Notes under the pieces: generated by a model
What the model was told of the DNA's origin: nothing
The model's input: only the letters and a program-made list of their open reading frames with translations
Databases searched by the model: none
Position numbers and translations under genes: made by a program
DNA from: Calditrichota bacterium
Lineage (GTDB): Bacteria > Zhuqueibacterota > JdFR-76 > BMS3Abin05
DNA length: 64,000 bases
Direction: 5' to 3'
Assembly: GCA_013151735.1 (NCBI GenBank)
Contig: JAADHR010000179.1
Span: forward strand, 12,656-76,655
Part shown: positions 20,716-30,579 of the stretch, piece after piece
How positions within the stretch are numbered: position 1 is the stretch's first letter
Layout of the letters: every line of letters starts with the position of its first letter

Positions 20716-23700
20716 GTGTCTATGAAACGTTTATGCGTGTTTTTTTGGGGAGCACTACTTTTTGCCACGACGGCCTATGCTCAAACCGTTACGGTCTCGG
20801 TGCCGGATATTCAGCAGTCGGAAGGAAAAACATTCCGGTTGCCGGTGAAGGTGTCTGACCTTTCCGGGTTAAATATTTACTCATTCGATTTAACGCTGGT
20901 TTATGATCCCGGTGTTTTAACGGCTCTGGATGCCCGAACGTCGGGTTCCCTTTCGGCCTCCTGGGGGCCGGCCACAAAAAACATCACCAGCGGGCAAATT
21001 CAGGTGGGTATTGGGGGAACGAATGCCTTGTCGGGTGCCGGGGATTTGATTTACCTTATTTTTAAGGTCAATAATGGGGTGTCTGTCGGCAAAACGTCCA
21101 TATTGACATTTACAAACTTTAAATTCAATGAGGGGTCTCCATCTGTCCAATTAAACAATGGAACATTTACGGTTATTTTGGATACCGAGCCCCCAAAGAT
21201 CACATCGGGCCCGCAGGCAGTCAATCTTACAGCGCATTCGGCCGACATTCACTGGCGAACGGATGAACCCGCCGACAGCAAGGTGGAATACGGACTCACC
21301 TCTTCGTACGGAGACGTGTTGGAAAATTCCTCCTTGGTTACGTCCCATTCGGTAACGCTTCATCCACTCAAACCTTCGACTACCTACCATTACCGGGTTG
21401 CATCCAAAGACAAATTGGGGAACGGCCCAACGGTTTCTTCGGATCAAACCTTTACAACGGCCGCTATTATTGCCCGTTTGCCTTCGCTTTCCCTGGATCC
21501 GGGGGCGGACATTATTTTCCCTCTGACCGTGACGGATGTTTCGGAGCAGGGGATTACGTCTGCAGAAATCGTCGTCACCTACGACGCCGGACTTTTATCT
21601 CCGACAGGCGTCAGTTCGGACGGCACCCTTATTTCCGCATGGAATTCTCCGGCATTTCAGGTGGAATCCGGAAAAATCACCATTACCCTTTCCGGTACGA
21701 CACCTTTGAGCGGGTCGGGGATTTTGGTCAACATACAGTTTCACATTTCAGACGCGGCGAAAATCGGGCAAACCACGCCCCTTACATTTCAGAAATTTAT
21801 GTTGAAAAACAGCGGGGGCGAAACCATACCTGCCACCACCCAGAACGGGCGGTTTACCGTAGAGGATACGCGTCCTCCGGAAATTGTGTCGGGTCCGCAG
21901 GTGGAATCCATCACTGCCAAAAGTGCCGTAGTCACCTGGCAGACCAATGAAAAAAGTACCAGTATTGTGCGATATGGGCGCGATACATCGTATGGATGGC
22001 AGAAAAAGAATCAGACGCGTACCCTTCAGCATTCCGTTCTGTTGTCCAATCTTTCACCGTCTACGACGTACCATTTTCAGGTGGGCTCAGTGGATTCCAG
22101 CGGGAACGGTCCCACATTCAGCCAGGATGCCACTTTCAGCACGGAAGCCGGAACCGGAATTATTTTAACGGCGGAAAATGTCACGGGACAGGCGGGAAAT
22201 GATGTCACCGTGCCGCTCCGGGTGACGGATGTAAGCCAGCAGGGCGTCAGACGCTACACCGTTGTACTGACCTACGATTCGGAGCTGATCACGGCGGTTT
22301 CGGCTCAAACGTCCGGTACTTTAACGTCCGGTTGGGGCGCTCCGGTTTTTCAAAAAGTGGATGGACAGGTGGTTATCCAGGGACAATCCGGTACGCCCCT
22401 TGCCGGAGCGGGAGTACTGGTGAAGGTGATTTTTCACGTCAAATCGGACGTAACCGACGGCGTAACCACTCCTATTTCCTTTGTCTTTGCCCAATTCAAT
22501 ACGGGGATGCCTGAATTGACCACCGCGAACGGGTTGCTTACCCTTCGCGGAACCCCCGACAGCCAGGCACCGCAGATCACGTTTGGACCCTTTGCACAAA
22601 ATATCTCGGCAACCGGGGCACAAATCGTTTGGGTTACGGACGAGCCTTCTTCCGGGATTGTGGAATTCGGAACGGGGACCTCCTACGGACAAACGGCGGG
22701 GGGGGCAGCTGTTTTTGAACGGATTCACCGGATCACCCTGTCGGGGCTGCTTCCGGGCACCCGCTACCATTTTCGGGTCAAATCATCGGATCGCTGGGGA
22801 AACGGACCCACTGTCAGCCCGGATGCTTCTTTCCAGACCACCAATGGAGGGGAAGTACAGGTCTCTCTTCCCAACCGGACCATTCGTGCCGGAACACAAT
22901 TCGACTGGCCCATTCAAATCGGGGACGTTTCCGGAAAGTCCGTTTATTCGGCCGACATCACGGTGACTTTTGATCCCGACGTGCTCACGGCCATTTCGGC
23001 CTCTACGTCGGGGACACGGGCCAGCAGTTGGGGGCCTCCCACCACAACCGTGAAAAGGGGCAAAATAATTATTGCGATGGGAGGAATTAGTGCCCTTAGC
23101 GGCAGTGGCAGCCTGGTCAAAATCCGCTTTCAGGTATCCGGATCCGCAAAGGAAGGAACCCAGGCACCGGTTGTTTTTCAGCGGTTCGTTTTTAATGAAG
23201 GAACACCGGCTTCTGTTTACAGGGGGGGACTGTTTACGGTCAAGGATGTGACGGCACCGAAAATTACAGCGGGACCCTCCGTGGTGGCAAAAACGGCGTC
23301 TACGGCCACTATTTTGTGGGCAACGAATGAAGCGTCTACCGGGAGGATTGACTACGGTGAGACCGCTTCTTACGGCCAGATGGAAGAAAGCGGCATTCTC
23401 GAAAAAAGTCACCTGGCGGTCATAACCGGATTGTATTCGGGGACAACCTACCATTTTCGTGTCTCATCAACGGATGCCAGTGGAAACGGGCCCACACAAA
23501 GCGCCGACCAGACCTTTCAAACGGTGGTTGAACAGCCCATGATTTTCCGGCTGCCTTCCGTGGCCTACGATGTGGGACACACATTTGATTTACCCGTTCG
23601 ATTGGACAGCCTTGGAAATGGCAGTCTGTATTCCTTCAAAATGACCCTGAAGTTTGATTCCCGTTATCTCGAGGCAACAGGGGTGAAAACTGCAGGAAGT

Positions 23701-26700
23701 TTGACCGAGTTCTGGGAAGCGCCCGTGGTGAGTGTCGGCCCGGATTCGGTTTCCATTGAAATGCGTTCCAACAATCCGATCCACGAAAACGGCGTTCTTT
23801 TTAAGGTACAATTTCGGGTTAAAACCGGTGGAGCTTACAATTACCCGACTCCTCTGACTTTGCAGAATGTTTCTGCAAATGGCCTTTCTTCGGGCTTCGT
23901 TATTCGGGAGGGCCGCTTTACGCTTCGCGATCTGACGCCTCCGGAAATCTTGACGGGTCCCAATTCCACCGAGGTTCGGGCTCATTCGGTTCACATTGTC
24001 TGGACAACAAACGAGCCGTCCAACAGTAAAGTGGATTACGGAGTGACTTCCACGTATGACAAGGCTGTTGAAAGCGAGGACCTGGTAACCTACCACGATC
24101 TGGCGGTTGCCGGACTCAATCCAAACACGACGTATCATTTTCGTGTCAGTTCAACCGATTCTGTGGGCAATGGGCCGGTTCAAAGCACCGATCAAACCTT
24201 TACCACGACGTCTGGAAATGAGGTGGTGGTTTCCATTCCCGACACCCTGGCCCCTGTGGGGCAGACCATCTGGTACCCGGTTTCTGTTGAAGATGTCACC
24301 GGAAAGAACATCACCCGCTACCATTTCATCCTAAAATACGATTCTTCGGCGGTTCGCGCGCTTCAGGTGAGAAAAACCGGAACGCTTTCAGCATCCTGGG
24401 GTACGCCCACCGTTGGGATAACCGACACATCTATTACAGTGGATCACACCGGAAATGCCCCTCTTTCGGGCAGCGGAGATTTGATTCAGATTCAATTTAA
24501 GATTAAGGCCACGGCCGGAGTGGGCCGGGATGTGGGACTGATTTTTCAAGAGTTTACCTTTAATACCGGAGATCCGCCGGCTTCCCCCAACAGCGCACGA
24601 TGGCTTTTGGTTGACCGCACCCCGCCTGAGTTTGTGGGAACGCCAAAGGTCACAGATGTGGGGTTTAATTATGCGACCCTATTCTGGAAAACCAATGAAT
24701 TAACGACAGGCAAAATTGATTACGGCACAACACCCAGTTACGGAAAACAACTCAAAGAAACGAAAATAGACACCGTTCACCGGATCACGATAGAGAATTT
24801 GACCGCTCTTACAACCTATCATTTCAGGGTGTCTGTCACGGATACGGCAGGGAACGGGCCGGTTTTGAGCAAGGATCTAAGCTTCACCACATTGTCCGAC
24901 ACGGTTTTTGTTACCGTCCCCGACACAACGGTCCCCATGGGCAGTACGTTTGAATTGCCGCTGGTCGTAACCAATCTGACGGGATTTGGAATCACCCGTT
25001 TTGCCATTGAGATTGCCTACAATCCCGATCAGATTACGGCGTTGGGGGCGTCTTCCAGGGGGACACTTGCTCAGGATTGGGGTGTGCCTGCTTTTTCCGC
25101 TTCCGATCATGTGCTTCACGTGGAAATGTCCGGGACAGAGCCGCTCAAAGGAACCGGTGTTTTAATCCGGCTGAAATTCCAATTATTGGGTGGTGTGGTG
25201 CCCGGCACGGATCTGGAAATTCCGTTTCAATCGTTTCAGTTTAATAACGGAACGCCGGTTGTAAAGACCACACCGGCAAAAATCCACGCCATTGCGGGGG
25301 GGAGCGGAATTGAGGTTTCCCTGCCGGATACCAGTTTTTTACCCGGCAAAAGCGTGCGGATCCCGGTCAGGGTAGGAGATCTAACTCAGAAAGGAATATT
25401 CTCATTTAACGGGAAATTGGTTTTTTCTCATTCGGTTCTCAAAATAAGCGGCGCCACCACCCAAAAGTCCCTGCTGGAAGCCTGGAAGACAATTGATGCG
25501 TCTGTTTACCCGGACAGCGTCATTTTTTCGGCGCAGGGGACAAAGGCTCTTTCGGACTCCGGTGTCTTATTTTATTTTGAGGGGACAACCAATTCTCAGG
25601 CCAATGAAGGCGATACGAGTTCCCTCATTTTGGAGCGGTTTACCTTTAATCGCGGAAACCCTGTGGCTCAGGTGAAAAACGGGAGAGTGCGAATTGTTAT
25701 CCGTCACGATGCCATTTCGGGCCTTGTTTTTGAGTCGGACAGCGTAACGGTTTTACCGGGCGCGACAATTTCTGCCCGGGAAACGGGAACCCAAACCGTA
25801 AAAACGGCCCGGTCGGACACAACGGGATTTTTTCAGATTCGCGGTCTGGATTCAACCCGAACCTATGACGTGTTTGCTTCCAAAGCGGGTTACACCCCCT
25901 CGGACATTTTGAGGAAAATCAAGCCCGGGGCCCGAAATCTGAAATTGTACCTTGAAAAACAAAACGGGTTTATTGACGGCTGGGTTAAGGCGAATACGGG
26001 TGAACCGGTGGTGGGGGCTCTTGTCGTGGCAGACGACGGACACACGCACTTCGGTTCGGGGAATACGGACTCTACCGGCCACTTTGCCATCAACAATCTG
26101 GCAAAACGGTACGCGTACACAGTGAAGATTACAAAATATGGTTTTCACGATAAAATTATTTCCAATGTTGCCGTCAATCAAACGGTTTCCGTTACACTGG
26201 ATTGGTTTTACGGCCGGGTTTTGGGAATGGTTAGAGACACGACCCGGGCACCCATGGATAGTGTGTGGGTACAGGCATTGAATCTGAAAAAGGGAACGCG
26301 AGTGGACAGCTTCTTAACCGGAAAAGACGGCCGCTACCAACTGGACAGCCTGAAAGCCGACCAATATTTGGTTTACGCTCTTCGTAACGGATTTGTCAGT
26401 ACGCCCAACCAGGTCACGGTTAACCTGGCACCCGGAGATACCGTAACGGAAGATTTTATCCTGGAAAAGGCTGTTTTGGCCTCGATTGAAATCTCGGGCG
26501 ACCGGGAGATTCCCAATAATGTTCCTTCCCGTTTCGATTTTGTGGCCAAGACGGCCGGCGGAAAGGTCATGGGCCTGCAATCGCCCGTCTGGAAACTCTG
26601 GCCGGAGGCCGCGGGGGTTGTCAGTCAGGGGGTGGTGTACCCGGATTCTCAGTATTTTGGGGAGGCTTTTCTGTCCGTAATGGACCCGTTTACCGGAATT

Positions 26701-27447
26701 GCAGATACACTGGCCATTTCTCTGTATGCTCCGGTGAGCCCTTCTTCGCAGCTCACCGTTAAAAATGCAGACGGCGTAACCCTGGCCATTGCGGCGGGAT
26801 CCGTAGACCAGCCTCAAAAAATAAAAATTCAAGCCATCTCGCTTCCATCCGTAAAGAAGAGTACAAAGCGGTACGCGGCTTTGGGGAAAGGTTATCTGCT
26901 GAAACCGGGAGGCTTTCATTTTCTAAAGCCCCTCCAATTAACTCTGCCGGTTCCGGAGGGATTTGTTCCGAAGCGCACGCGCATCGGCAAATGGAATCAG
27001 GAATTGGCCCGATGGGACATTCTGGAAACCCGGGTAACCGGAGAGCGTGCGATTACGGCCGATGTGGAATCCTTTTCGCTTCTGGCCGTTCTTAACCCGG
27101 CACGTGATCTCGGAATGGAATCGCTCAAATTGATCCCGAATCCCTTTTCGCCTGTGGTGGATTCGGATGGGGATGGCAGTCCCGGCCTGACCATTCAGTT
27201 TTTAATTACCTCACGGGACACGCGGCGTCCCTTTGTGACCATTGAGATTTACAGCATGGTCGGCCAGAAGGTGCGAACCCTGTTGGATGACCAGCCGGAA
27301 AATAAGGACCAGTATTTGCGCTTTCACTGGGATGGGCTGACCGATGATGGCCGAATGGCCCGAAACGGGCGCTATCTGATAAAAATTGACGTATCGGATG
27401 CAACCGGTACAAAAACAACCCTTAAAACCGTGGTTCTGGTGAAATAA
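20716..27447 (+). CDS. Giant scaffoldin-like T9SS cargo protein: 8 cohesin-like modules (7 of them each followed by an FN3/PAP-N-like module), CarbopepD_reg-like repeats, T9SS C-terminal sorting domain
   Basis: Each cohesin-like module starts with an (V/I)x(V/L)S(L/V)PD... motif and has ...GSGxLIxIxFKV... in its C-terminal half. FN3-like modules ...P(P/K)ITSGP...W(T/R)T(D/N)EP...YG.T.SYG...TYH(Y/F)RV.S.D..GNGP. C-terminal LKLIPNPFSP...IEIYSMVGQKVRTL...GRYLIKIDV CTD. Confidence 0.8.
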   Translation: MSMKRLCVFFWGALLFATTAYAQTVTVSVPDIQQSEGKTFRLPVKVSDLSGLNIYSFDLTLVYDPGVLTALDARTSGSLSASWGPATKNITSGQIQVGIGGTNALSGAGDLIYLIFKVNNGVSVGKTSILTFTNFKFNEGSPSVQLNNGTFTVILDTEPPKITSGPQAVNLTAHSADIHWRTDEPADSKVEYGLTSSYGDVLENSSLVTSHSVTLHPLKPSTTYHYRVASKDKLGNGPTVSSDQTFTTAAIIARLPSLSLDPGADIIFPLTVTDVSEQGITSAEIVVTYDAGLLSPTGVSSDGTLISAWNSPAFQVESGKITITLSGTTPLSGSGILVNIQFHISDAAKIGQTTPLTFQKFMLKNSGGETIPATTQNGRFTVEDTRPPEIVSGPQVESITAKSAVVTWQTNEKSTSIVRYGRDTSYGWQKKNQTRTLQHSVLLSNLSPSTTYHFQVGSVDSSGNGPTFSQDATFSTEAGTGIILTAENVTGQAGNDVTVPLRVTDVSQQGVRRYTVVLTYDSELITAVSAQTSGTLTSGWGAPVFQKVDGQVVIQGQSGTPLAGAGVLVKVIFHVKSDVTDGVTTPISFVFAQFNTGMPELTTANGLLTLRGTPDSQAPQITFGPFAQNISATGAQIVWVTDEPSSGIVEFGTGTSYGQTAGGAAVFERIHRITLSGLLPGTRYHFRVKSSDRWGNGPTVSPDASFQTTNGGEVQVSLPNRTIRAGTQFDWPIQIGDVSGKSVYSADITVTFDPDVLTAISASTSGTRASSWGPPTTTVKRGKIIIAMGGISALSGSGSLVKIRFQVSGSAKEGTQAPVVFQRFVFNEGTPASVYRGGLFTVKDVTAPKITAGPSVVAKTASTATILWATNEASTGRIDYGETASYGQMEESGILEKSHLAVITGLYSGTTYHFRVSSTDASGNGPTQSADQTFQTVVEQPMIFRLPSVAYDVGHTFDLPVRLDSLGNGSLYSFKMTLKFDSRYLEATGVKTAGSLTEFWEAPVVSVGPDSVSIEMRSNNPIHENGVLFKVQFRVKTGGAYNYPTPLTLQNVSANGLSSGFVIREGRFTLRDLTPPEILTGPNSTEVRAHSVHIVWTTNEPSNSKVDYGVTSTYDKAVESEDLVTYHDLAVAGLNPNTTYHFRVSSTDSVGNGPVQSTDQTFTTTSGNEVVVSIPDTLAPVGQTIWYPVSVEDVTGKNITRYHFILKYDSSAVRALQVRKTGTLSASWGTPTVGITDTSITVDHTGNAPLSGSGDLIQIQFKIKATAGVGRDVGLIFQEFTFNTGDPPASPNSARWLLVDRTPPEFVGTPKVTDVGFNYATLFWKTNELTTGKIDYGTTPSYGKQLKETKIDTVHRITIENLTALTTYHFRVSVTDTAGNGPVLSKDLSFTTLSDTVFVTVPDTTVPMGSTFELPLVVTNLTGFGITRFAIEIAYNPDQITALGASSRGTLAQDWGVPAFSASDHVLHVEMSGTEPLKGTGVLIRLKFQLLGGVVPGTDLEIPFQSFQFNNGTPVVKTTPAKIHAIAGGSGIEVSLPDTSFLPGKSVRIPVRVGDLTQKGIFSFNGKLVFSHSVLKISGATTQKSLLEAWKTIDASVYPDSVIFSAQGTKALSDSGVLFYFEGTTNSQANEGDTSSLILERFTFNRGNPVAQVKNGRVRIVIRHDAISGLVFESDSVTVLPGATISARETGTQTVKTARSDTTGFFQIRGLDSTRTYDVFASKAGYTPSDILRKIKPGARNLKLYLEKQNGFIDGWVKANTGEPVVGALVVADDGHTHFGSGNTDSTGHFAINNLAKRYAYTVKITKYGFHDKIISNVAVNQTVSVTLDWFYGRVLGMVRDTTRAPMDSVWVQALNLKKGTRVDSFLTGKDGRYQLDSLKADQYLVYALRNGFVSTPNQVTVNLAPGDTVTEDFILEKAVLASIEISGDREIPNNVPSRFDFVAKTAGGKVMGLQSPVWKLWPEAAGVVSQGVVYPDSQYFGEAFLSVMDPFTGIADTLAISLYAPVSPSSQLTVKNADGVTLAIAAGSVDQPQKIKIQAISLPSVKKSTKRYAALGKGYLLKPGGFHFLKPLQLTLPVPEGFVPKRTRIGKWNQELARWDILETRVTGERAITADVESFSLLAVLNPARDLGMESLKLIPNPFSPVVDSDGDGSPGLTIQFLITSRDTRRPFVTIEIYSMVGQKVRTLLDDQPENKDQYLRFHWDGLTDDGRMARNGRYLIKIDVSDATGTKTTLKTVVLVK
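20785..25700 (+). repeat. Tandem coding repeats: cohesin + FN3 modules with a period of about 680-695 bp (x7), then a cohesin-only unit
   Basis: Module starts at about 20785, 21463, 22154, 22850, 23538, 24221, 24901 and 25306. Similarity is at protein level, so the repeats are diverged rather than identical. Confidence 0.6.
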
Positions 27448-27449
27448 AA

Positions 27450-28385
27450 ATGAAAAAACGAACGCTTGTAATTTTCGTGTGGCTGCTGCTGGGTGTGGGG
27501 GTGACGACCGTCCGGGCTCAGGACTTGGCCGGTATCCCTGCTGCTTTTGTGGACATCGGATTTGGGGCCCGGCCCTTGGGTATGTCCGGCGCGTATTCCG
27601 CCGCAAGTAACGGGGTGGAATCGCTTCTCTGGAATCCGGCCGGACTGGCGGGAGTCCCTTTTGTTCAGGGAACATTCAGCACCACCCGGCAGCTGGGACT
27701 TATCCCTTATCAAATGGCGGCGGCCGCCTTTCGCTTCGGGCTGAATTTTGTTCATTCCGAAGGAATCATCCTTTCGGGCGACGACGCCATGCGGGAATTT
27801 ACATTTCTGGTGGGGTTGAGCTACGAAAAACGGTGGGAAACCGGGTCTTGGGTCAGAGGCGGGGCGACGATCAGCTACCGCAATGCCAGCTTTGGGAAAA
27901 ATGCCGCTCAGAACGAGGGAGCAGTCACCGGAAGCGCATCGGGATTTTCCATGGATTGGGGCGTTCAGTACTCCCCGGCGAAACACTACGTTCTGGCGGC
28001 CGTCCTGAAAAATATGGTAAATTATCTGCAATGGAACAGCTCCACTCTCGGAAAATACAGCGAGGGTACACCCAGGCAATTGGTTTTTGGTCTCGCTGCA
28101 TTGGACATTTTGAAATTTAATTTTGATTTGGATTTCGAGAAAGCTCTCTACCAAGACGTTGCAGACCGCTTTTCTTTTGGGATGGAACGCCCGATTTACA
28201 AATACTTTTTTCTGAGAGGCGGCATTTCACGGGGATTGGTTCCCTCGGATTTCTTATCGACGGCCGTTGGCGGGGGACTTCGGTATCGGTTTCCTCAGGG
28301 GTTTATCCTGTATCTGGATGGAGCGTATATTTTTCAGGATTTAAACAACAATTTCCGGCTGTCGGTTTCTTTCGATCTGGAATGA
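27450..28385 (+). CDS. Small outer-membrane beta-barrel, FadL/PorV-like (NPA hatch motif); candidate T9SS cargo-shuttle/anchor partner
   Basis: Signal peptide MKKRTLVIFVWLLLGVGVTTVRAQ. ...GMSGAYSAASNGVESLLWNPAGLAG resembles the FadL-family N-terminal hatch. Starts 3 nt after the scaffoldin stop. Confidence 0.45.
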   Translation: MKKRTLVIFVWLLLGVGVTTVRAQDLAGIPAAFVDIGFGARPLGMSGAYSAASNGVESLLWNPAGLAGVPFVQGTFSTTRQLGLIPYQMAAAAFRFGLNFVHSEGIILSGDDAMREFTFLVGLSYEKRWETGSWVRGGATISYRNASFGKNAAQNEGAVTGSASGFSMDWGVQYSPAKHYVLAAVLKNMVNYLQWNSSTLGKYSEGTPRQLVFGLAALDILKFNFDLDFEKALYQDVADRFSFGMERPIYKYFFLRGGISRGLVPSDFLSTAVGGGLRYRFPQGFILYLDGAYIFQDLNNNFRLSVSFDLE

Positions 28386-28448
28386 GGCTTATTAAAGGAG
28401 TTTTTATTTGAATTCAGATTCGGGATTGTATTTCGCTTAAGAGAAATA

Positions 28449-29540
28449 TTAAGCGATGCGCTTTAACACCACCAGCGAGAGATCGTCTCCCAGGCGGGAA
28501 TGACCCACAAACTGACGGACATCCGCCAGGAGTTTTTCTCCCATTTCCCGGGCAGATAAATGGGATCGTTTTTCAAAAAGCGTGAACAGCCGTTCTTCGC
28601 CGAAAAACTCACCCTGCTCATTGAGTGCCTCGGTTAAACCGTCGGAATAGATCAGGAGGAAATCCCCTTCCTGAAGGATGACGGTTTGCTGCGAATATTC
28701 AGCATTTGGAAGCAATCCCAAAGCCGGTCCTCCCTTTGACGTTTCCTTGAACCCCATTTTTGTCACAACAACCGGGGGCAAATGCCCGGCATTAATGAAC
28801 CGGATTTCGTGAGAATTCGATCCCAACTCCAGATAAACCAGCGAAGAGAAATTTTGCGGAAGAACATCCCTGTAAAAGATGCGATTTATTCTGAAGACCA
28901 AATCTGGAAGCGATTCAGCTTCCGGCGCCAATGCCCGGATGGTGGCCTGCAATTTGGCCATCAATAAGGCTGCCGGCAGGCCCTTGCCCGACACATCTCC
29001 GAGAGCAACCGCATATCGATCCTGATCCAATTCCAAAAAATCAATCAGGTCTCCGCCCACTTCGTTGGCAGACTGGGTAAAGAGCCACAGTTCCCAGTTG
29101 GGTACGTTCGGCATGGGGGGAGGAGCCAGGGCTTTCTGAATAGCCCGTCCCTCGGCTAATTCATTTTGGGCAACCAGTTTGTCTTTTAATTCAAGCATCA
29201 GAACAAAGAGGATGATTAATTCGCCCAAGAAATTGGTATTTGCAGTGGTTCTTCCGAATTGAAAAGACGGCATTAAAAACAAGGCGATGAGCAGCAAAAT
29301 ACGACGGGCAGGTGTGAGCTTAAAAAAGAGGGTTTTTAAAAGCCACCAGACAAGAAAGAGCCAACGCTTGACTTTTCCCATATTTTGCAGACGTTTTTTC
29401 CGATCGCGAGTGAGAAAGAAATCCTGCAGGCCTAAAAAATCATCCCGGATAGTCTTCCAGAGTCCGGTTTGGTGAAGATCATTTAAAATTGTTTTTCCAA
29501 TTTTCTGATTGTCACTGGATGTTGAATCCGTGGTTTTCAT
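28449..29540 (-). CDS. PP2C-type (SpoIIE/RsbU-like) serine phosphatase with N-terminal membrane segment
   Basis: GDVSGKGLPAALLMAKL...NAGHLPP...GDFLLIYSDGLTEA motifs of PPM/SpoIIE phosphatases. Confidence 0.8.
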   Translation of the reverse strand: MKTTDSTSSDNQKIGKTILNDLHQTGLWKTIRDDFLGLQDFFLTRDRKKRLQNMGKVKRWLFLVWWLLKTLFFKLTPARRILLLIALFLMPSFQFGRTTANTNFLGELIILFVLMLELKDKLVAQNELAEGRAIQKALAPPPMPNVPNWELWLFTQSANEVGGDLIDFLELDQDRYAVALGDVSGKGLPAALLMAKLQATIRALAPEAESLPDLVFRINRIFYRDVLPQNFSSLVYLELGSNSHEIRFINAGHLPPVVVTKMGFKETSKGGPALGLLPNAEYSQQTVILQEGDFLLIYSDGLTEALNEQGEFFGEERLFTLFEKRSHLSAREMGEKLLADVRQFVGHSRLGDDLSLVVLKRIA

Positions 29541-29928
29541 TTTTATTTTCCATTTGTTGAAATGAACCGTGCCTTATAAAATACGATACGAATGCTTTAA
29601 TGTTTGGGAAAAAGTACATCCTCCTAAAAGATGCATGTTTTATTCAGAGATTGCCAATTTCTTCAATTTACAAGAGAATTATTTATTGGGCCGCGAAAAC
29701 AAAATTAGAGATTTTAATTTCCCTGTTTACGAAATTATCTTGATTCCATTCCTTGCAAACTTTATCTTTTAGAGACTAATAAAACAACTTCCCTACTCAT
29801 CAGACACACCGGCAACCGTAACGGGATCACAATAAAATGAAGGCCAGAAATTTTTATTTGACAACACGCAGCACATAATGTCTACAGGTGTAACCAAATT
29901 GTAAATTTCTTAAGAAAGGATTTTTAGC

Positions 29929-30501
29929 ATGAAACGTTCCGAAATCAACCGCGCCATTAAACAGGCCATGGCCTGTTTTGAACGAAATGGCTGGCATTTG
30001 CCGCCTAACCCCCGATGGGATGTAACGGATGCAGGGCTGGGTGATTTTAAGAAATACGGCCTGGTTCTGGTGAATCTGGCTGAAGAAGACGAGTATTGTG
30101 AAAAGCTGATGTACGGGGTCAAAAATCAGCGTACACCGGCTCACTGCCACCGCCAGAAGAAAGAAGACATCATTTGCCGAAACGGGGAACTGGCGATTCA
30201 GGTCTGGAATCACAATCCCAATGAAAAACGCGAGCCGCAGATCTTCCAAGTCAAAATAAATGGAGAAATGCGGGACGTGCGGTCGGGAGATATCATTCAC
30301 CTGAAAGCGGGCGAACGCATAACACTGGTGCCGGGCGTGTACCACGAATTCTGGCCGGAATCGGAGGAATGCATTATCGGGGAAGTTTCGTCACACAATG
30401 ATGATTTGCACGACAATTTCTTCGCCAATCCGGATGTGGGGCGGTTCCCGGAAATTGAAGAAGATGAGCCCCCGTTTGTGAAATTGGTAAATGAGTTGTA
30501 G
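29929..30501 (+). CDS. Cupin-type sugar isomerase, D-lyxose ketol-isomerase-like
   Basis: 190 aa; N-terminus MKRSEINRAIKQA...NGWHLPP and the overall length resemble D-lyxose isomerase (YdaE-like). Call is from memory of that family. Confidence 0.55.
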   Translation: MKRSEINRAIKQAMACFERNGWHLPPNPRWDVTDAGLGDFKKYGLVLVNLAEEDEYCEKLMYGVKNQRTPAHCHRQKKEDIICRNGELAIQVWNHNPNEKREPQIFQVKINGEMRDVRSGDIIHLKAGERITLVPGVYHEFWPESEECIIGEVSSHNDDLHDNFFANPDVGRFPEIEEDEPPFVKLVNEL

Positions 30502-30579
30502 GTAACACAAGGTTTTTTAAGATGCGAAATTCTGGGTGCTTACGAATTGCGATTATTTTAATTTTGCGGGAAAAAACAC

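Noticed and set aside
20785-25700. Possibility that the roughly 690-bp periodic repeats are a CRISPR-like or satellite array
   Set aside because: The repeats lie within a single uninterrupted 2243-aa ORF. They are conserved at protein level rather than nucleotide level, and the period is far too long and variable for CRISPR. They are domain duplications.
28420-28447. Palindrome CGCTTAA-gagaaata-TTAAGCG as a bidirectional terminator
   Set aside because: Its 3' arm overlaps the last codons and stop of the minus-strand PP2C gene, and no flanking U-tract is present on either strand. The call is weak.
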